A stretch of DNA of 63,778 nt, the filler included. It is 4 parts of 4 records of this genome, joined end to end, with 100 filler letters (N's around TTAATTAATTAA, not from the genome) between each part and the next. Parts side by side here need not be neighbours in the genome. Positions count along the whole stretch, not along the records: positions 20,563 to 44,715 come from DRR723986_4898; 3 more parts are not named here. One strand, given 5' to 3'. This document shows positions 29,363 to 39,501 of this stretch, in pieces (position 1 is the first letter of the stretch; each line of letters begins with the position of its first letter). Position numbers and translations under genes: made by a program. The notes under the pieces were generated by a model that was not told the origin of the DNA, searched no databases, and was given only the letters and a program-made list of their open reading frames with translations.

Positions 29363-29896
29363 TTACTCCGCGGCGACCGCCAGGTCCCGGTGGGAGCGGC
29401 GCGCCCACGGGCGTGTTCCTTCCGGGATTTCATCGACCGTGCCGACCGGCTGCAGATATTTGGTCACTTCGGGCCATTCACCGGCCTTCAGGGCTTTCAG
29501 CACTTCCGGCTTGGAGATCTCGAACGTTGACACACCGCAGCGGCGAGCCAGCGGCACCTGGTCGAGAATGTATTTCCCGAGCGCGCGAATATCACCCTTG
29601 TAGCCGATCTGCTCACGCAGGATGCGGGCTGCGGAAAAGCCGCGACCATCGGAAAAGCTCGGAAAGTCGACGGCAACCAGTGCCAGCCGGTCGAGATAAT
29701 TTTCGATCAGCTCGACATCGTCACCAGCCTCGACGATGACGGCGGTTTTGCCCTCACGTGCCAGATATGCATCCGGGTCGATGAGAAACACGGTCATCGG
29801 TACAAGTGCATCGCCTTCGACAGCAGTGCCGGTTTCGGCATCTGTCCGCGCCCAGCTTTCCTCGACGAAATCGCCGTCCTTGAAAATCGTTGCCAT
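29363..29896 (-). CDS. DUF934 family protein (cys operon)
   Basis: FPSFSDGRGFSAARILRE..GY.G.IRA.G and DQ....RCG. Confidence 0.9.
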   Translation of the reverse strand: MATIFKDGDFVEESWARTDAETGTAVEGDALVPMTVFLIDPDAYLAREGKTAVIVEAGDDVELIENYLDRLALVAVDFPSFSDGRGFSAARILREQIGYKGDIRALGKYILDQVPLARRCGVSTFEISKPEVLKALKAGEWPEVTKYLQPVGTVDEIPEGTRPWARRSHRDLAVAAE

Positions 29897-29930
29897 TCTT
29901 TGCGTCCTCAAAATCCTCTATCGGCAGCGG

Positions 29931-30692
29931 TCAGATACCGCTGCCGTCAACTTCCTTGCCATGGGTCGGCCAGTGAATGCCGCATTCCGTCTTGTCCTGG
30001 CCACGCCAACGTCCGGCCCGGGGGTCCTCGCCGGGGGCAACCTTGCTGGTGCAGGGCAGGCAGCCGATTGAGGGGTAGCCTTGCGCCACCAGCGGATGCG
30101 GCGGCAGATCATGGGTCTTGGCATAATCCAGAATTTCGGCAGCCGTCCAGTCCGCCAGCGGATTGACCTTCACCCGGCCTTCGTCGATTTCGAAGAACTC
30201 CAGGCTGGAGCGACTTGCGCTCTGGAACCGCTTGCGGCCGGAAATCCAGGCTTCGAACCCGTTCAAGGCCTCGGCCAGCGGCACCACCTTGCGGATGTGG
30301 CAGCAGGCGTCGGTATCGCTCATCCAGAGCATGCCCGCGGGATCTTCCCTGGAGAGATCATCCTTGTTCGGCTTCTGGGTGCGGACATCGGTCAGGCCGA
30401 GCTTCTCGATCAACTCATCACGATAGAGCAGCGTAGCCGGAAACAGTTTGACCGTGTCGACGAAAACGACCGGCGTCGACGGGTCGATCTGGGCAACCAT
30501 ATGCAGGAGCACCGCTGAATCGGCCCCGAAGCTGGAGACCATGGCAATGCCACCGGCGAACTGGTGGCGGATGGCCGCCCTCAGGACGTCGTCCGCGGTT
30601 GCATCCTCGAACTGGGCGTTGAGTGCGGCGACTTCCGCCTGCAAGCCCAGCTCCGGATCAACACCTAGGCTGAATGTCTCATGCAGCGCCAT
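29931..30692 (-). CDS. cysH: APS/PAPS reductase, 4Fe-4S (APS-type)
   Basis: SSFGADS, CC.IRKV.PL, GYPSIGCLPCT, RAGRW and ECGIH. Confidence 0.93.
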   Translation of the reverse strand: MALHETFSLGVDPELGLQAEVAALNAQFEDATADDVLRAAIRHQFAGGIAMVSSFGADSAVLLHMVAQIDPSTPVVFVDTVKLFPATLLYRDELIEKLGLTDVRTQKPNKDDLSREDPAGMLWMSDTDACCHIRKVVPLAEALNGFEAWISGRKRFQSASRSSLEFFEIDEGRVKVNPLADWTAAEILDYAKTHDLPPHPLVAQGYPSIGCLPCTSKVAPGEDPRAGRWRGQDKTECGIHWPTHGKEVDGSGI

Positions 30693-32337
30693 AAAGGGCC
30701 TCCTTGAAGGGATCCTCCCCAACCCGGCGATAGGCTTCCAGGAAGGTCTCTTCTTTGCCGTTCCGCAGGCCGAGATAGGTATCGACCAGCTTCTCGATGG
30801 CATCGACCACTTCTTCAGACGAGAAGCCGCGACCGACGATTTCACCAATGGACGCGTTTTCGTTGGCGGAGCCGCCAAGCGTCACCTGATAGAATTCCTC
30901 GCCCTTCTTCTCCAGGCCGAGAATCCCGATGTGGCCGACATGGTGGTGACCACAGGCGTTGATGCAGCCGGAGATCTTGATCTTCAGCTCACCGATCTCG
31001 GCCTGCCGTTCCGCAGCACCGAAGCGTTCGGAGATCCGCTGCGCAACCGGAATGGAGCGGGCGGTTGCCAGGGCGCAATAGTCCATGCCCGGGCAGGCGA
31101 TGATGTCGGTGATCAGACCGGCATTGCCTTCCGCGATACGCGCGGCCACCAACTCGTCGAACAGCGCCGGCAGGTCGTCCAGCTTCACATGTGGCAGGAT
31201 CACGTTCTGCTCGTGACTGATGCGGAGCTCGTCATGACCGTATTTCTCGGCAAGGTTCGCGATCACGTCCATCTGCTCATCCGACGCATCACCCGGGATG
31301 CCGCCGATCGGCTTCATGGACAATGTGACGGAGGTATAGCCAGGCACCCGGTGCGGGTTGAGGTTATGCGCCGTGAACTGGGCAAAGGCTGCATCCGCCG
31401 CCTTGCGTGCTTCAACGGCAGCCGAGGTCGCATTGCCCACTTCCAGCGGAGGCGGAGCAAAATAGGCTTCGATGCGGCGCACTTCCTCGTCCGGCAGACG
31501 CAGGACCCCGAAGCGGATCTTTTCGAATTCGGCCTCGATATCCGCCTTCAGTTCGTCCAGACCGGTTTCATGAACCAGGATCTTGATACGGGCCTTGTAC
31601 TTGTTATCGCGGCGGCCGTAGCGGTTATAGACGCGCAGGATCGCTTCCGAATAGGCAAGCAGATCTTCCTCGGGAAGGAAGTCGCGCACCTTGCGGCCGA
31701 TCATCGGCGTACGGCCAAGTCCGCCACCGACGAAGACCACGAACCCGATCTCACCGGCATCGTTGCGTGCGAGCTGCAGACCGATATCATGAACCTGGAC
31801 GGCAGCACGGTCGTTCGGTGCGCCTGTGATGGCGATCTTGAACTTGCGCGGCAGGAACGAGAACTCCGGATGCAGCGATGACCACTGGCGCAGGATTTCC
31901 GCATAGGGGCGCGGGTCGGCGATCTCGTCGGCGGCAGCACCGGCGAAGTGATCCGCGGTCACGTTTCGAATGCAGTTGCCCGACGTCTGGATGGCATGCA
32001 TCTCGACTTCTGCCAGCTCTTCCAGGATCTTCGGCGTATCTTCCAGTTTCGGCCAGTTGAACTGGATGTTCTGGCGCGTGGTGAAGTGGCCGTAGCTCTG
32101 GTCGTACGTGCGGGCGATATGGGCAAGCTTGCGCATCTGCCGGCCATTGAGCGTGCCATAGGGAATGGCAACGCGCAGCATGTAGGCATGGAGCTGCAGG
32201 TAGAGACCGTTCATCAGGCGCAGCGGCTTGAACTCGTCCTCGGAAAGCTCGCCAGCCAGACGGCGGCGGACCTGGTCCTTGAACTGCTCGGTACGCTGGT
32301 TCACGAAGCTCGCGTCAAATTCGTCGTAACGGTACAT
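30679..32337 (-). CDS. cysI: Sulfite reductase hemoprotein (ferredoxin-type nitrite/sulfite reductase)
   Basis: HFTTRQNIQ, LPRKFKIA, ACPGMDYC and KISGCINACG siroheme/Fe-S ligands. Confidence 0.93.
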   Translation of the reverse strand: MYRYDEFDASFVNQRTEQFKDQVRRRLAGELSEDEFKPLRLMNGLYLQLHAYMLRVAIPYGTLNGRQMRKLAHIARTYDQSYGHFTTRQNIQFNWPKLEDTPKILEELAEVEMHAIQTSGNCIRNVTADHFAGAAADEIADPRPYAEILRQWSSLHPEFSFLPRKFKIAITGAPNDRAAVQVHDIGLQLARNDAGEIGFVVFVGGGLGRTPMIGRKVRDFLPEEDLLAYSEAILRVYNRYGRRDNKYKARIKILVHETGLDELKADIEAEFEKIRFGVLRLPDEEVRRIEAYFAPPPLEVGNATSAAVEARKAADAAFAQFTAHNLNPHRVPGYTSVTLSMKPIGGIPGDASDEQMDVIANLAEKYGHDELRISHEQNVILPHVKLDDLPALFDELVAARIAEGNAGLITDIIACPGMDYCALATARSIPVAQRISERFGAAERQAEIGELKIKISGCINACGHHHVGHIGILGLEKKGEEFYQVTLGGSANENASIGEIVGRGFSSEEVVDAIEKLVDTYLGLRNGKEETFLEAYRRVGEDPFKEALYGAA

Positions 32338-32399
32338 GTCTCAATCTCTCCTCAGCGGGCGCTGCCATGGAAGGCGCTGCCCTGCCCTTCATTGTTGTT

Positions 32400-32699
32400 T
32401 CAGGCGGAAACCGCCTGGGCCTGCTTGCCCAGTTCCGGGTGGGTGGTCGGGCCGGTTGCCCGGATCTTTTCGCGCAGGCGTACCGGTACGATGACGCCCT
32501 CTTCCACAGTCACGTCCATCTCGTAGACACCAACGACTTTCTGGTTCTTCTCGGCCTCAAGACCTTCGGCCAGGGCTGCCGCGACCGCTTCCTTGCCGTC
32601 ATAAACCTTTGCCAGCGTAATGCGCTCGACCCAGGAACCGTTTTCCGCGAGCCAGACAACATCGCCGTTCAAAAGGCGGTTGGCGGTGATGACTTTCAT
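32400..32699 (-). CDS. DUF2849 family protein
   Basis: VITANRL..GDVVWL, RE.IRA.GPT and GKQA. Typical position between cysG and cysI. Confidence 0.88.
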   Translation of the reverse strand: MKVITANRLLNGDVVWLAENGSWVERITLAKVYDGKEAVAAALAEGLEAEKNQKVVGVYEMDVTVEEGVIVPVRLREKIRATGPTTHPELGKQAQAVSA

Positions 32700-32720
32700 G
32701 TGCGTCCACTCTCTTCAAGT

Positions 32721-34184
32721 TCAGGCGGCTACAACCCGGGCGGCGAGCTGCGGCGCCAGGGGTTCGGCCTTGTCCATTGCGGCATGGCCCACGGCCTCGC
32801 CGATCACGATCAGAACCGGTCCGTCGATCTCAGCGCGGTTCGACAGCACCGCGAGTTCGGACAGGGTTCCGGCAAATTGGCGTTCGTCCGGGTGTGCCGC
32901 ATTCTCGATCACGGCAACCGGCGTTTCAGGTTTCAGGCCCACGCCGATCATCTTCTCGGCAACGGCAGCCGCCACGGTCCGGCCCATGTAGACGGCAACC
33001 GTCGCGCCCTTGAGTGCCAGCCCCGCCCAATCCGGCAGGGTTTCAGACTTGGCATTGTGGCCGGTAGCGAAAACCAGGTTGGAGGCGACACCGCGCAACG
33101 TAAGCGGGATCTGGGCCGACGCTGCGGCGGCGAAGGCTGCCGTGACGCCTGGAACAATTTCAAAGCCGATACCAGCTTCGCGAAGCGCTTCCATTTCTTC
33201 TGCCGCTCGGCCAAAGATCATCGGATCTCCAGCTTTCAGACGCACGACTTTCAAGCCCTTGCGGCCAAGCTCGACCAGGAGCTCGGAAATTTCGGACTGC
33301 GGCACTGAATGAGCGCCCTTGCGCTTGCCCACTGAAATGCGCTCCGCATCGCGGCGGCCCATGGCAACGACATTTGCCGGCACCAGCGCATCGTGAACGA
33401 TGACGTCGGCTTCCTGCAGCAGGCGCTGCGCGCGCAGGGTCAACAGGTCTTCCGCGCCCGGCCCGGCACCGACAAGCCAGACAAAACCGGGCTCGTCCGC
33501 CATCGAATTCAACAACCGCTGTGCCTCGGAACGGGCAACATCAGCCTTGCCTGCATAGAGATTGGTTGCGACCGAACCGGAGAAGAAGCGCGCCCAGAAA
33601 CTGCGGCGCAGCCCCCCGTCGCGGATCACCTTGGTTGCGGCATCGCGGAAACTTTCGGCAAGACGCGCCAGCTCGCCGGTCGAACGCGGCAGCATGGCTT
33701 CAATGCGCGCGCGGATGTGGCGCGACAGGACAGGACCGACACCGGTCGAGGTTATCGCAACGGCGATCGGTGCGCGATTGACCAGGGCTCCGGTGTAGAA
33801 GTCGCACAGTTCCGGCTTGTCGACCGCATTGACCGGAACGCCCTGCGCCCGTGCCGCATCGACAACAGCCTTGTCGAGGTCCCAGTCTTCGCGCGCGGAA
33901 AAGACCAAAGCGGCGTCCTTCAGATGACCAGGCTGGAAATCCTCGGCAAGATGCTCGGTCTCGAAGAGGTCAATAGCCTCCTGGAGATCCGGTTCGACAA
34001 TTTTGGAAACGACGACGATCCGGGCGTTGGTTTCCCCCAGGAGACGAACCTTTGCAGCAGCTTCACCGCCGTGCCCGACAACGAGCACACGCCGGCCGGC
34101 GACCTTCATGAAGGCCGGAAACACGTCGAGCCGGTCTTCCGGCTTTTTCAGTGTTTTCAGAGTGTCGCCACCACGGCTAGTCAT
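32721..34184 (-). CDS. cysG: Siroheme synthase
   Basis: N-terminal dehydrogenase/ferrochelatase (VNAVD.PELCDF) plus methyltransferase (LVGAGPG, RLKAGDP.IFGR, VPGVTA). Confidence 0.95.
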   Translation of the reverse strand: MTSRGGDTLKTLKKPEDRLDVFPAFMKVAGRRVLVVGHGGEAAAKVRLLGETNARIVVVSKIVEPDLQEAIDLFETEHLAEDFQPGHLKDAALVFSAREDWDLDKAVVDAARAQGVPVNAVDKPELCDFYTGALVNRAPIAVAITSTGVGPVLSRHIRARIEAMLPRSTGELARLAESFRDAATKVIRDGGLRRSFWARFFSGSVATNLYAGKADVARSEAQRLLNSMADEPGFVWLVGAGPGAEDLLTLRAQRLLQEADVIVHDALVPANVVAMGRRDAERISVGKRKGAHSVPQSEISELLVELGRKGLKVVRLKAGDPMIFGRAAEEMEALREAGIGFEIVPGVTAAFAAAASAQIPLTLRGVASNLVFATGHNAKSETLPDWAGLALKGATVAVYMGRTVAAAVAEKMIGVGLKPETPVAVIENAAHPDERQFAGTLSELAVLSNRAEIDGPVLIVIGEAVGHAAMDKAEPLAPQLAARVVAA

Positions 34185-34545
34185 CGTCAGGGTCTCCAGT
34201 CCCAGTTTGATGGGTCTAATGTAATCGGCAGCCCATGCCTGCGCCGGGCACCGGATTTCAAAGCTGGAAACAGAAGCGGAATAGTTTTTTGCAATCCTCT
34301 GATTTGGCCAATTTCAATTCCCGGCGGCCGGTCAGAGTGATTTTTGCGAGGAAAAATTTCCAACGGGCCTGGTCCGATTGAAAGAGTTTTTCTCCTGTTA
34401 CAACGGTCAGTGAACACCCCGTTCAGCCGTTGGTTGCGACGGCATTCAACCTTCCGGGCAAGCGTGCGTCTTTCTTGATGCCGCAGCGGAATTCGCTTAG
34501 CTTTTCCAGATGGCTGGCACTCGGCCGGAATGGCATCAAGGGGGT

Positions 34546-35640
34546 ATGATGCGCCTTGTTCACTCATTGGTTGCCGCGGGACTACTACTCCTCGGCAGCC
34601 TCGGCATTGGTCACGCGGCCGTTGTCGACAAATTTCGTATCGGCAGCTGGAATGGCAGCGCTTTCACGGACGACCAGAACGGCGCCTTCTCGACCTGTGT
34701 TGCATCGGCAGACTATCGCAGCGGCATCACGCTGTATGTTCAGGTCGACACGAATTACAACTGGGCCATCGGCTTTTCGGCACCTCACTGGAACATGAAG
34801 GTCGGCGCGGATATTGCGCTTCAGTATCGCATCGACCGGGGCGCCTGGCAGAGTGGCGTTGCCAAGGCAACGTCGAAGGACCTGGCGCGCATGCAAATGC
34901 CAAGAGGCGGCTACATCATCACCCGGTTCCGCCGGGGCCGGACGCTCTACGTTCGAGATGGCACCTACAATTACGAATTCCGCCTGACAGGCACCTCTCG
35001 CCTGATGGCACGTCTTGCCAAATGCGTGGAGCAGAACATCGCACGGTACGGTGCGGCACCCGTTGCCGGCGCTGCAGGCGCCAGTTCTCAAGGTGGCCTC
35101 GGACATTCCGCCCCAACCAAGGACGAAGCGGCGGCGTCCAGTTCGGCGACCGACCCGCAACTTGCCATCGAAGCGACCCAGGCCCTGTTCAACCTGATGG
35201 GCAGCGCAGGCCTGTCCGGGCTAAAGCTTGTTCCCGACGGGCAGCGCGAAGAAGATCTGAACGGCCTTCATGCCGTTGCCACCAACGACGCCCGCACAAT
35301 TGTGGCGCACATTTTTCCAGTGGGTAGCTACCAGTCGGAAGAAGAACTGATGTCGCTTATTGTTGCCGACAGCCAGAAGAAATGCGCGGAAGGCAAATTC
35401 ACCTCAGGTTCCGAACGGATCAACGAGAACGGCAAACCGATCTATACAAGTTACGCGAACTGCGAAACGGGCGACTTCCAGTTGATCGAGCGGGTCGCCA
35501 TCGCAAAGCGCAAGGCGGGCGGGGTCTTCATTTACGGCGTGGCGGATACTTACGTCGGCGAAGGCGGCGGTGCACCGGTTTATCCGCCTGAACTGACGGA
35601 TCCGGATCTCTACTCGGCAATCGCCAACGCTGCGGAGTAA
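34546..35640 (+). CDS. Secreted hypothetical protein with two domains and a low-complexity linker
   Basis: Signal peptide, a long ORF with genome-typical codon use and paired Cys residues. No family recognised. Confidence 0.8.
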   Translation: MMRLVHSLVAAGLLLLGSLGIGHAAVVDKFRIGSWNGSAFTDDQNGAFSTCVASADYRSGITLYVQVDTNYNWAIGFSAPHWNMKVGADIALQYRIDRGAWQSGVAKATSKDLARMQMPRGGYIITRFRRGRTLYVRDGTYNYEFRLTGTSRLMARLAKCVEQNIARYGAAPVAGAAGASSQGGLGHSAPTKDEAAASSSATDPQLAIEATQALFNLMGSAGLSGLKLVPDGQREEDLNGLHAVATNDARTIVAHIFPVGSYQSEEELMSLIVADSQKKCAEGKFTSGSERINENGKPIYTSYANCETGDFQLIERVAIAKRKAGGVFIYGVADTYVGEGGGAPVYPPELTDPDLYSAIANAAE

Positions 35641-35759
35641 GGCAAAACGAGCAGCTCAGATCACCGACCACAAGTCGGCTGTTCACCTGAGGAGCAGGTC
35701 GGCGTTTTTCCGTTGGCCGCATCATTGTCACTTGGAGGATTGTCAAAACCGGGAAACAA

Positions 35760-35786
35760 AAAAGCCGGCGGAAACCGCCGGCTTTT
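35760..35786. terminator. Bidirectional intrinsic terminator
   Basis: AAAAGCCGGCGG-AAA-CCGCCGGCTTTT between convergent genes. Confidence 0.8.
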
Positions 35787-35807
35787 CGGAGCTGGTCTCG
35801 GTTGACA

Positions 35808-37535
35808 TCAGGCCGCAAAGGACTTGATGAAGTCCTCGATCTGGTGGGTCAGCGTCTGGGTGCGTTCTGCAACCAGGTTGACCGCCTGGCGGACTTCACC
35901 TGCCGCATCCTTGGAGCGGACCGCGTTTTCCTTCATGCCGGACACGCTATCGCTTGCCGTCTGGGTGCTGGTGGAGGCCTCGTTGACGCCACGGGCAATT
36001 TCGCCAGTCGCTGCGCTCTGTTCAGTAACCGCCGATGCGATTGCCGTTGTTTCCGCCGTTACATTGCCCATGATGTCGGTGATCTGCTGGATCGAGTGGG
36101 CTGCATCGGTGGTCGCTTCCTGAATGGCGATGATCTGCTGGGTGATGCTTTCCGTGGCTTTCGCTGTCTGATTGGCCAACTCCTTGACTTCCGCAGCAAC
36201 GACAGCAAAGCCCTTGCCAGCTTCACCAGCACGAGCAGCCTCGATAGTTGCGTTGAGAGCCAGAAGATTGGTCTGTTCGGCGATGGTCTGGATCAGCTGG
36301 ACGACTTCACCGATTTCCTGGGCCGCAGAGGAAAGGGTTGCGACCTTTTCATTGGTCAGGCTGGTGGTTTCGGCAGCTTCCGAGACAACCGCGGAGGTGG
36401 AAGCCACACGCTGGTTGATTTCCTCGATGGAAACCGAAAGCTCTTCAGCGGCGGAAGCGACAGCCTCGACATTACCCAGAGCCGAATTGGATGAATAGGC
36501 CGCTCCTTCAGCGTGTGTCGTGGTGTCATCTGCAACACCGATCAGCGCAGTTGCTGTGTCTTCCAGCTGCGACATGGTGCCGGTCACATCCACGATGAGG
36601 GACGATACGCTGCTGCGGAAGGAAGCAGTCAGCTCTTCGCGCTGCCGCATGCGCCGAATGCGCGCTTCGTCTTCCGCCTTTTGCGCCTTGACCAACTCCT
36701 CTCGCTCCGAAGCGCCGTCGCGCAGGACATTGATCGCATTTGCAAGCTGTCCGATTTCGTCAGCCCGTTCGCATTCGGCAAGGTGAATGCCATAGTCGCC
36801 CTTCGAAAGCCGGGCGACTGCCTCGGCAAAGGACCCGAGCGGCAGAATGACCGCACGCATGATGAAAAAACCGGCCATTGCCAGGGAAAGGACGACGAGC
36901 CCGAGGTTAGCGTAGGTCATGACGTCAGCGTTCCGGGCCGCACTATGATAGCTCGCCACCTCAACGGCCAACTCGGCGCGTTCCGTTTCCAGATGCTGGT
37001 GATGAAGATCAAGGGCTGCTTCCAGCGCCGTCGTCAGGCTTTCAGCTTCGCCGTCGAATGCTCCCATGAGCTTGTTGCCCTGCTCCGGTCCACCGGCAAC
37101 ATAGGCCTCAGCCATGGCTTTTCCCGTGTCGTAGTATGAAGGGAATTTCGCCTGAACGTTCCTGATCTTTTCAACAAGATCCGCATAACCGAGCTTTTCG
37201 GCGAGATCGATTGCCGCGGTGCTCTCGCTCTTGAAATTGTCGGAGAAGGCAACCGCGAGATCAAAACCGTCGTTCAAGCCATCGAGACCTCTTGTTGCGG
37301 AAATGTCTGTCAGCCACTGCTGTACCTGAACGATGTCGAACTGCATTTTCTGCAGTGAAATGGCCAGGTTCACGCCGTCGGTGGCAAAGGTTTCCGCCCC
37401 TTCGCGGAGATGCCCCGCGTTTTCTTCGAGCACGCCAAGATTGCGTATCGTACCAAGGCTCAGCGCTGTCGCGACAACGAACAGTACAGCCAGCATGGCG
37501 ATCATTTTGGATTTCAGACTTTGAAAGACGGACAT
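35808..37535 (-). CDS. Methyl-accepting chemotaxis protein
   Basis: Two TM segments, HAMP (DEIGQLA) and [34 protein letters not shown]. Confidence 0.96.
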   Translation of the reverse strand: MSVFQSLKSKMIAMLAVLFVVATALSLGTIRNLGVLEENAGHLREGAETFATDGVNLAISLQKMQFDIVQVQQWLTDISATRGLDGLNDGFDLAVAFSDNFKSESTAAIDLAEKLGYADLVEKIRNVQAKFPSYYDTGKAMAEAYVAGGPEQGNKLMGAFDGEAESLTTALEAALDLHHQHLETERAELAVEVASYHSAARNADVMTYANLGLVVLSLAMAGFFIMRAVILPLGSFAEAVARLSKGDYGIHLAECERADEIGQLANAINVLRDGASEREELVKAQKAEDEARIRRMRQREELTASFRSSVSSLIVDVTGTMSQLEDTATALIGVADDTTTHAEGAAYSSNSALGNVEAVASAAEELSVSIEEINQRVASTSAVVSEAAETTSLTNEKVATLSSAAQEIGEVVQLIQTIAEQTNLLALNATIEAARAGEAGKGFAVVAAEVKELANQTAKATESITQQIIAIQEATTDAAHSIQQITDIMGNVTAETTAIASAVTEQSAATGEIARGVNEASTSTQTASDSVSGMKENAVRSKDAAGEVRQAVNLVAERTQTLTHQIEDFIKSFAA

Positions 37536-37699
37536 GGTTAACCCAGCTTATGTCGCACCTGCCCCCTGCCGATGCGTTACTCTGGGCAACAATCTGATTT
37601 TATAAGATTTTTAAAAAATTAATTTAGGTGAACACTTAGGAACTTTTCACGAGTATGTATTTAGACAAAAACTACTTGTATCTTCAACAAAAACGAAAA

Positions 37700-37719
37700 G
37701 AGGACGATTTCTCGTCCTC
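37700..37719 (-). terminator. Intrinsic terminator downstream of the thiolase gene
   Basis: GAGGACGA-tttc-TCGTCCTC followed on the minus strand by TTTTCGTTTTT. Confidence 0.65.
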
Positions 37720-37752
37720 CTTTAAATCTTACTTAAAGGCAGTTGTTGCCGA

Positions 37753-38919
37753 TTACTTCATCGCCTGCATCACGGACACGAAGTTGGCCACCGCGGCACC
37801 ACCCATGTTGAAGATGCCGCCGATCTCGGCGTTCTTCACCTGGATTTCACCGGCGGTACCTGTCAGCTGCATGGCAGTGAGCACGTGCATGGAGACACCT
37901 GTGGCGCCAATCGGATGCCCCTTGGCCTTCAGACCACCGGACGGGTTCACCGGCAGCTTGCCGCCCATTTCCGTCCAGCCCTCCAGCACGGCGCGAGCAC
38001 CCTCGCCTTCCTTGGTCAGGCCCATGGCTTCATATTCGATCAGCTCTGCAATGGTGAAACAGTCGTGGGTCTCGACGAAAGACAGATCGTCCAGCGCCAG
38101 ATTGGCATCGCCGAGTGCCTGACCCCAGGCCTTGGAACAGCCTTCAAACTTCAGGATGTCGCGCTTCGACATCGGCAGGAAATCCTGCACGTGGGCAAGC
38201 GCGCGGAAGGCAACCGCCTTCTTCATGCCGAGCGCCGTTGCAGGATCGGTCAGGACGAGTGCAGCGGCACCGTCGGACACCAGCGAACAGTCGGTGCGCT
38301 TCAGCGGACCGGCGACAAACGGATTCTTTTCGGACTCCGCGCGGCAGAAGTCAAAACCGAGGTCCTTGCGCATCTGGGCGTAGGGGTTGCCGACACCGTT
38401 CTTGTGGTTCTTCGACGCAATCTTGGCCAGGGCATCGGACTGGTCGCCGTACTTCTGGAAGTAGGCGTCGGCGATCTTGCCGAAGACACCGGCGAAGCCT
38501 GCCGGGATATCGCCTTCTTCCTTCAAATAGGAGGCCTTGAGCAGGTTCTTGCCGATTTCCGGGCCGGGCGTCGTGGTCATCTGCTCGACACCGACGACCA
38601 GCACGAAGCGGGCGTCGCCCGAAGCAATGGCGCGCACACCCTGATGCACGGCGGCAGAGCCGGTGGCGCAGGCGTTTTCGACACGGGTTGCCGGTTTGAA
38701 ACGCAGCGCCGGATCAGCCTGCAGCACCAGCGAAGCGGTGAAGTCCTGCGCCGAGAAACCGGCATTGAAATGACCGAGCAGGATCTCGTCGACATCTCCC
38801 GGCTCGATACCGGCGTCCTTGATGGCATCAACCGCCACCTTGACGATCATGCTTTCAACCGTCTCTTCCGAATGTTTGCCGAAGGGCATGTGTGCCCAAC
38901 CCACCATGGCTGCCGTCAT
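37753..38919 (-). CDS. Acetyl-CoA acetyltransferase (SCP2-type thiolase)
   Basis: VENACATG, ETHDCF, GHPIGATG and FNMGG. Confidence 0.92.
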   Translation of the reverse strand: MTAAMVGWAHMPFGKHSEETVESMIVKVAVDAIKDAGIEPGDVDEILLGHFNAGFSAQDFTASLVLQADPALRFKPATRVENACATGSAAVHQGVRAIASGDARFVLVVGVEQMTTTPGPEIGKNLLKASYLKEEGDIPAGFAGVFGKIADAYFQKYGDQSDALAKIASKNHKNGVGNPYAQMRKDLGFDFCRAESEKNPFVAGPLKRTDCSLVSDGAAALVLTDPATALGMKKAVAFRALAHVQDFLPMSKRDILKFEGCSKAWGQALGDANLALDDLSFVETHDCFTIAELIEYEAMGLTKEGEGARAVLEGWTEMGGKLPVNPSGGLKAKGHPIGATGVSMHVLTAMQLTGTAGEIQVKNAEIGGIFNMGGAAVANFVSVMQAMK

Positions 38920-39290
38920 GACACTTCCTCCAGGTTTTTTGCCCGCAAGATGGAACCCGATTTCCGCCGGATCTCTTGTCCGTGCGGGGGCCTCCATCTT
39001 ACGTAAGTTCTATGTGCGGGGACAGTTCCAGCTTCCATGTTGCTTTGCAAGAAGAAACTGACCTAAACGTCATAACAATATTTTTCTCTATTTTATTTCA
39101 GTTACTTAATTAATATAATCCAAAGAGATAACACCCGTTGGCCACGCAGGCGCAGCATGTCGGAGGCTTCCGTTTTCAGCGAGGCCCGCAGCAGGCAAAC
39201 CGATTGAGATGGTCACACCCCTGTCACTTAAACCATGTAGGAAAAGCGCGTTCCGGACAAAATCGTGTTTCGTCCCTTTTCAGTAGCTCC

Positions 39291-39319
39291 ACCGGTCCTG
39301 CCTCGCAGGGCCGGTTTTT
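39291..39319 (+). terminator. Intrinsic terminator with no upstream plus-strand CDS (possible sRNA 3' end)
   Basis: ACCGGTCCTGC-ctc-GCAGGGCCGGT-TTTT. Confidence 0.55.
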
Positions 39320-39501
39320 GCATGTGCTCACCCTCCCCGTTCCACATGTGCGACGCAATTCACACATCGCTTACCGAAAGCAATTGCCGAACGACTTTTT
39401 CAACACTGTTCACTTGACCTGAGAAGGCGCTGGATATAGCCATTCAAAGCGCTTTGAAACCCATTAAGACCGCCTCAGAAGCGGAACGGAGACAACCGGC
39501 A

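Noticed and set aside
29363-34184. cysG-DUF2849-cysI-cysH-DUF934 as a novel system
   Set aside because: This is the standard alphaproteobacterial sulfate assimilation operon.
37600-37614. CtrA box TTAT-N7-TTAA upstream of the MCP gene
   Set aside because: One mismatch in an AT-rich stretch, so plausible but not distinguishable from chance.
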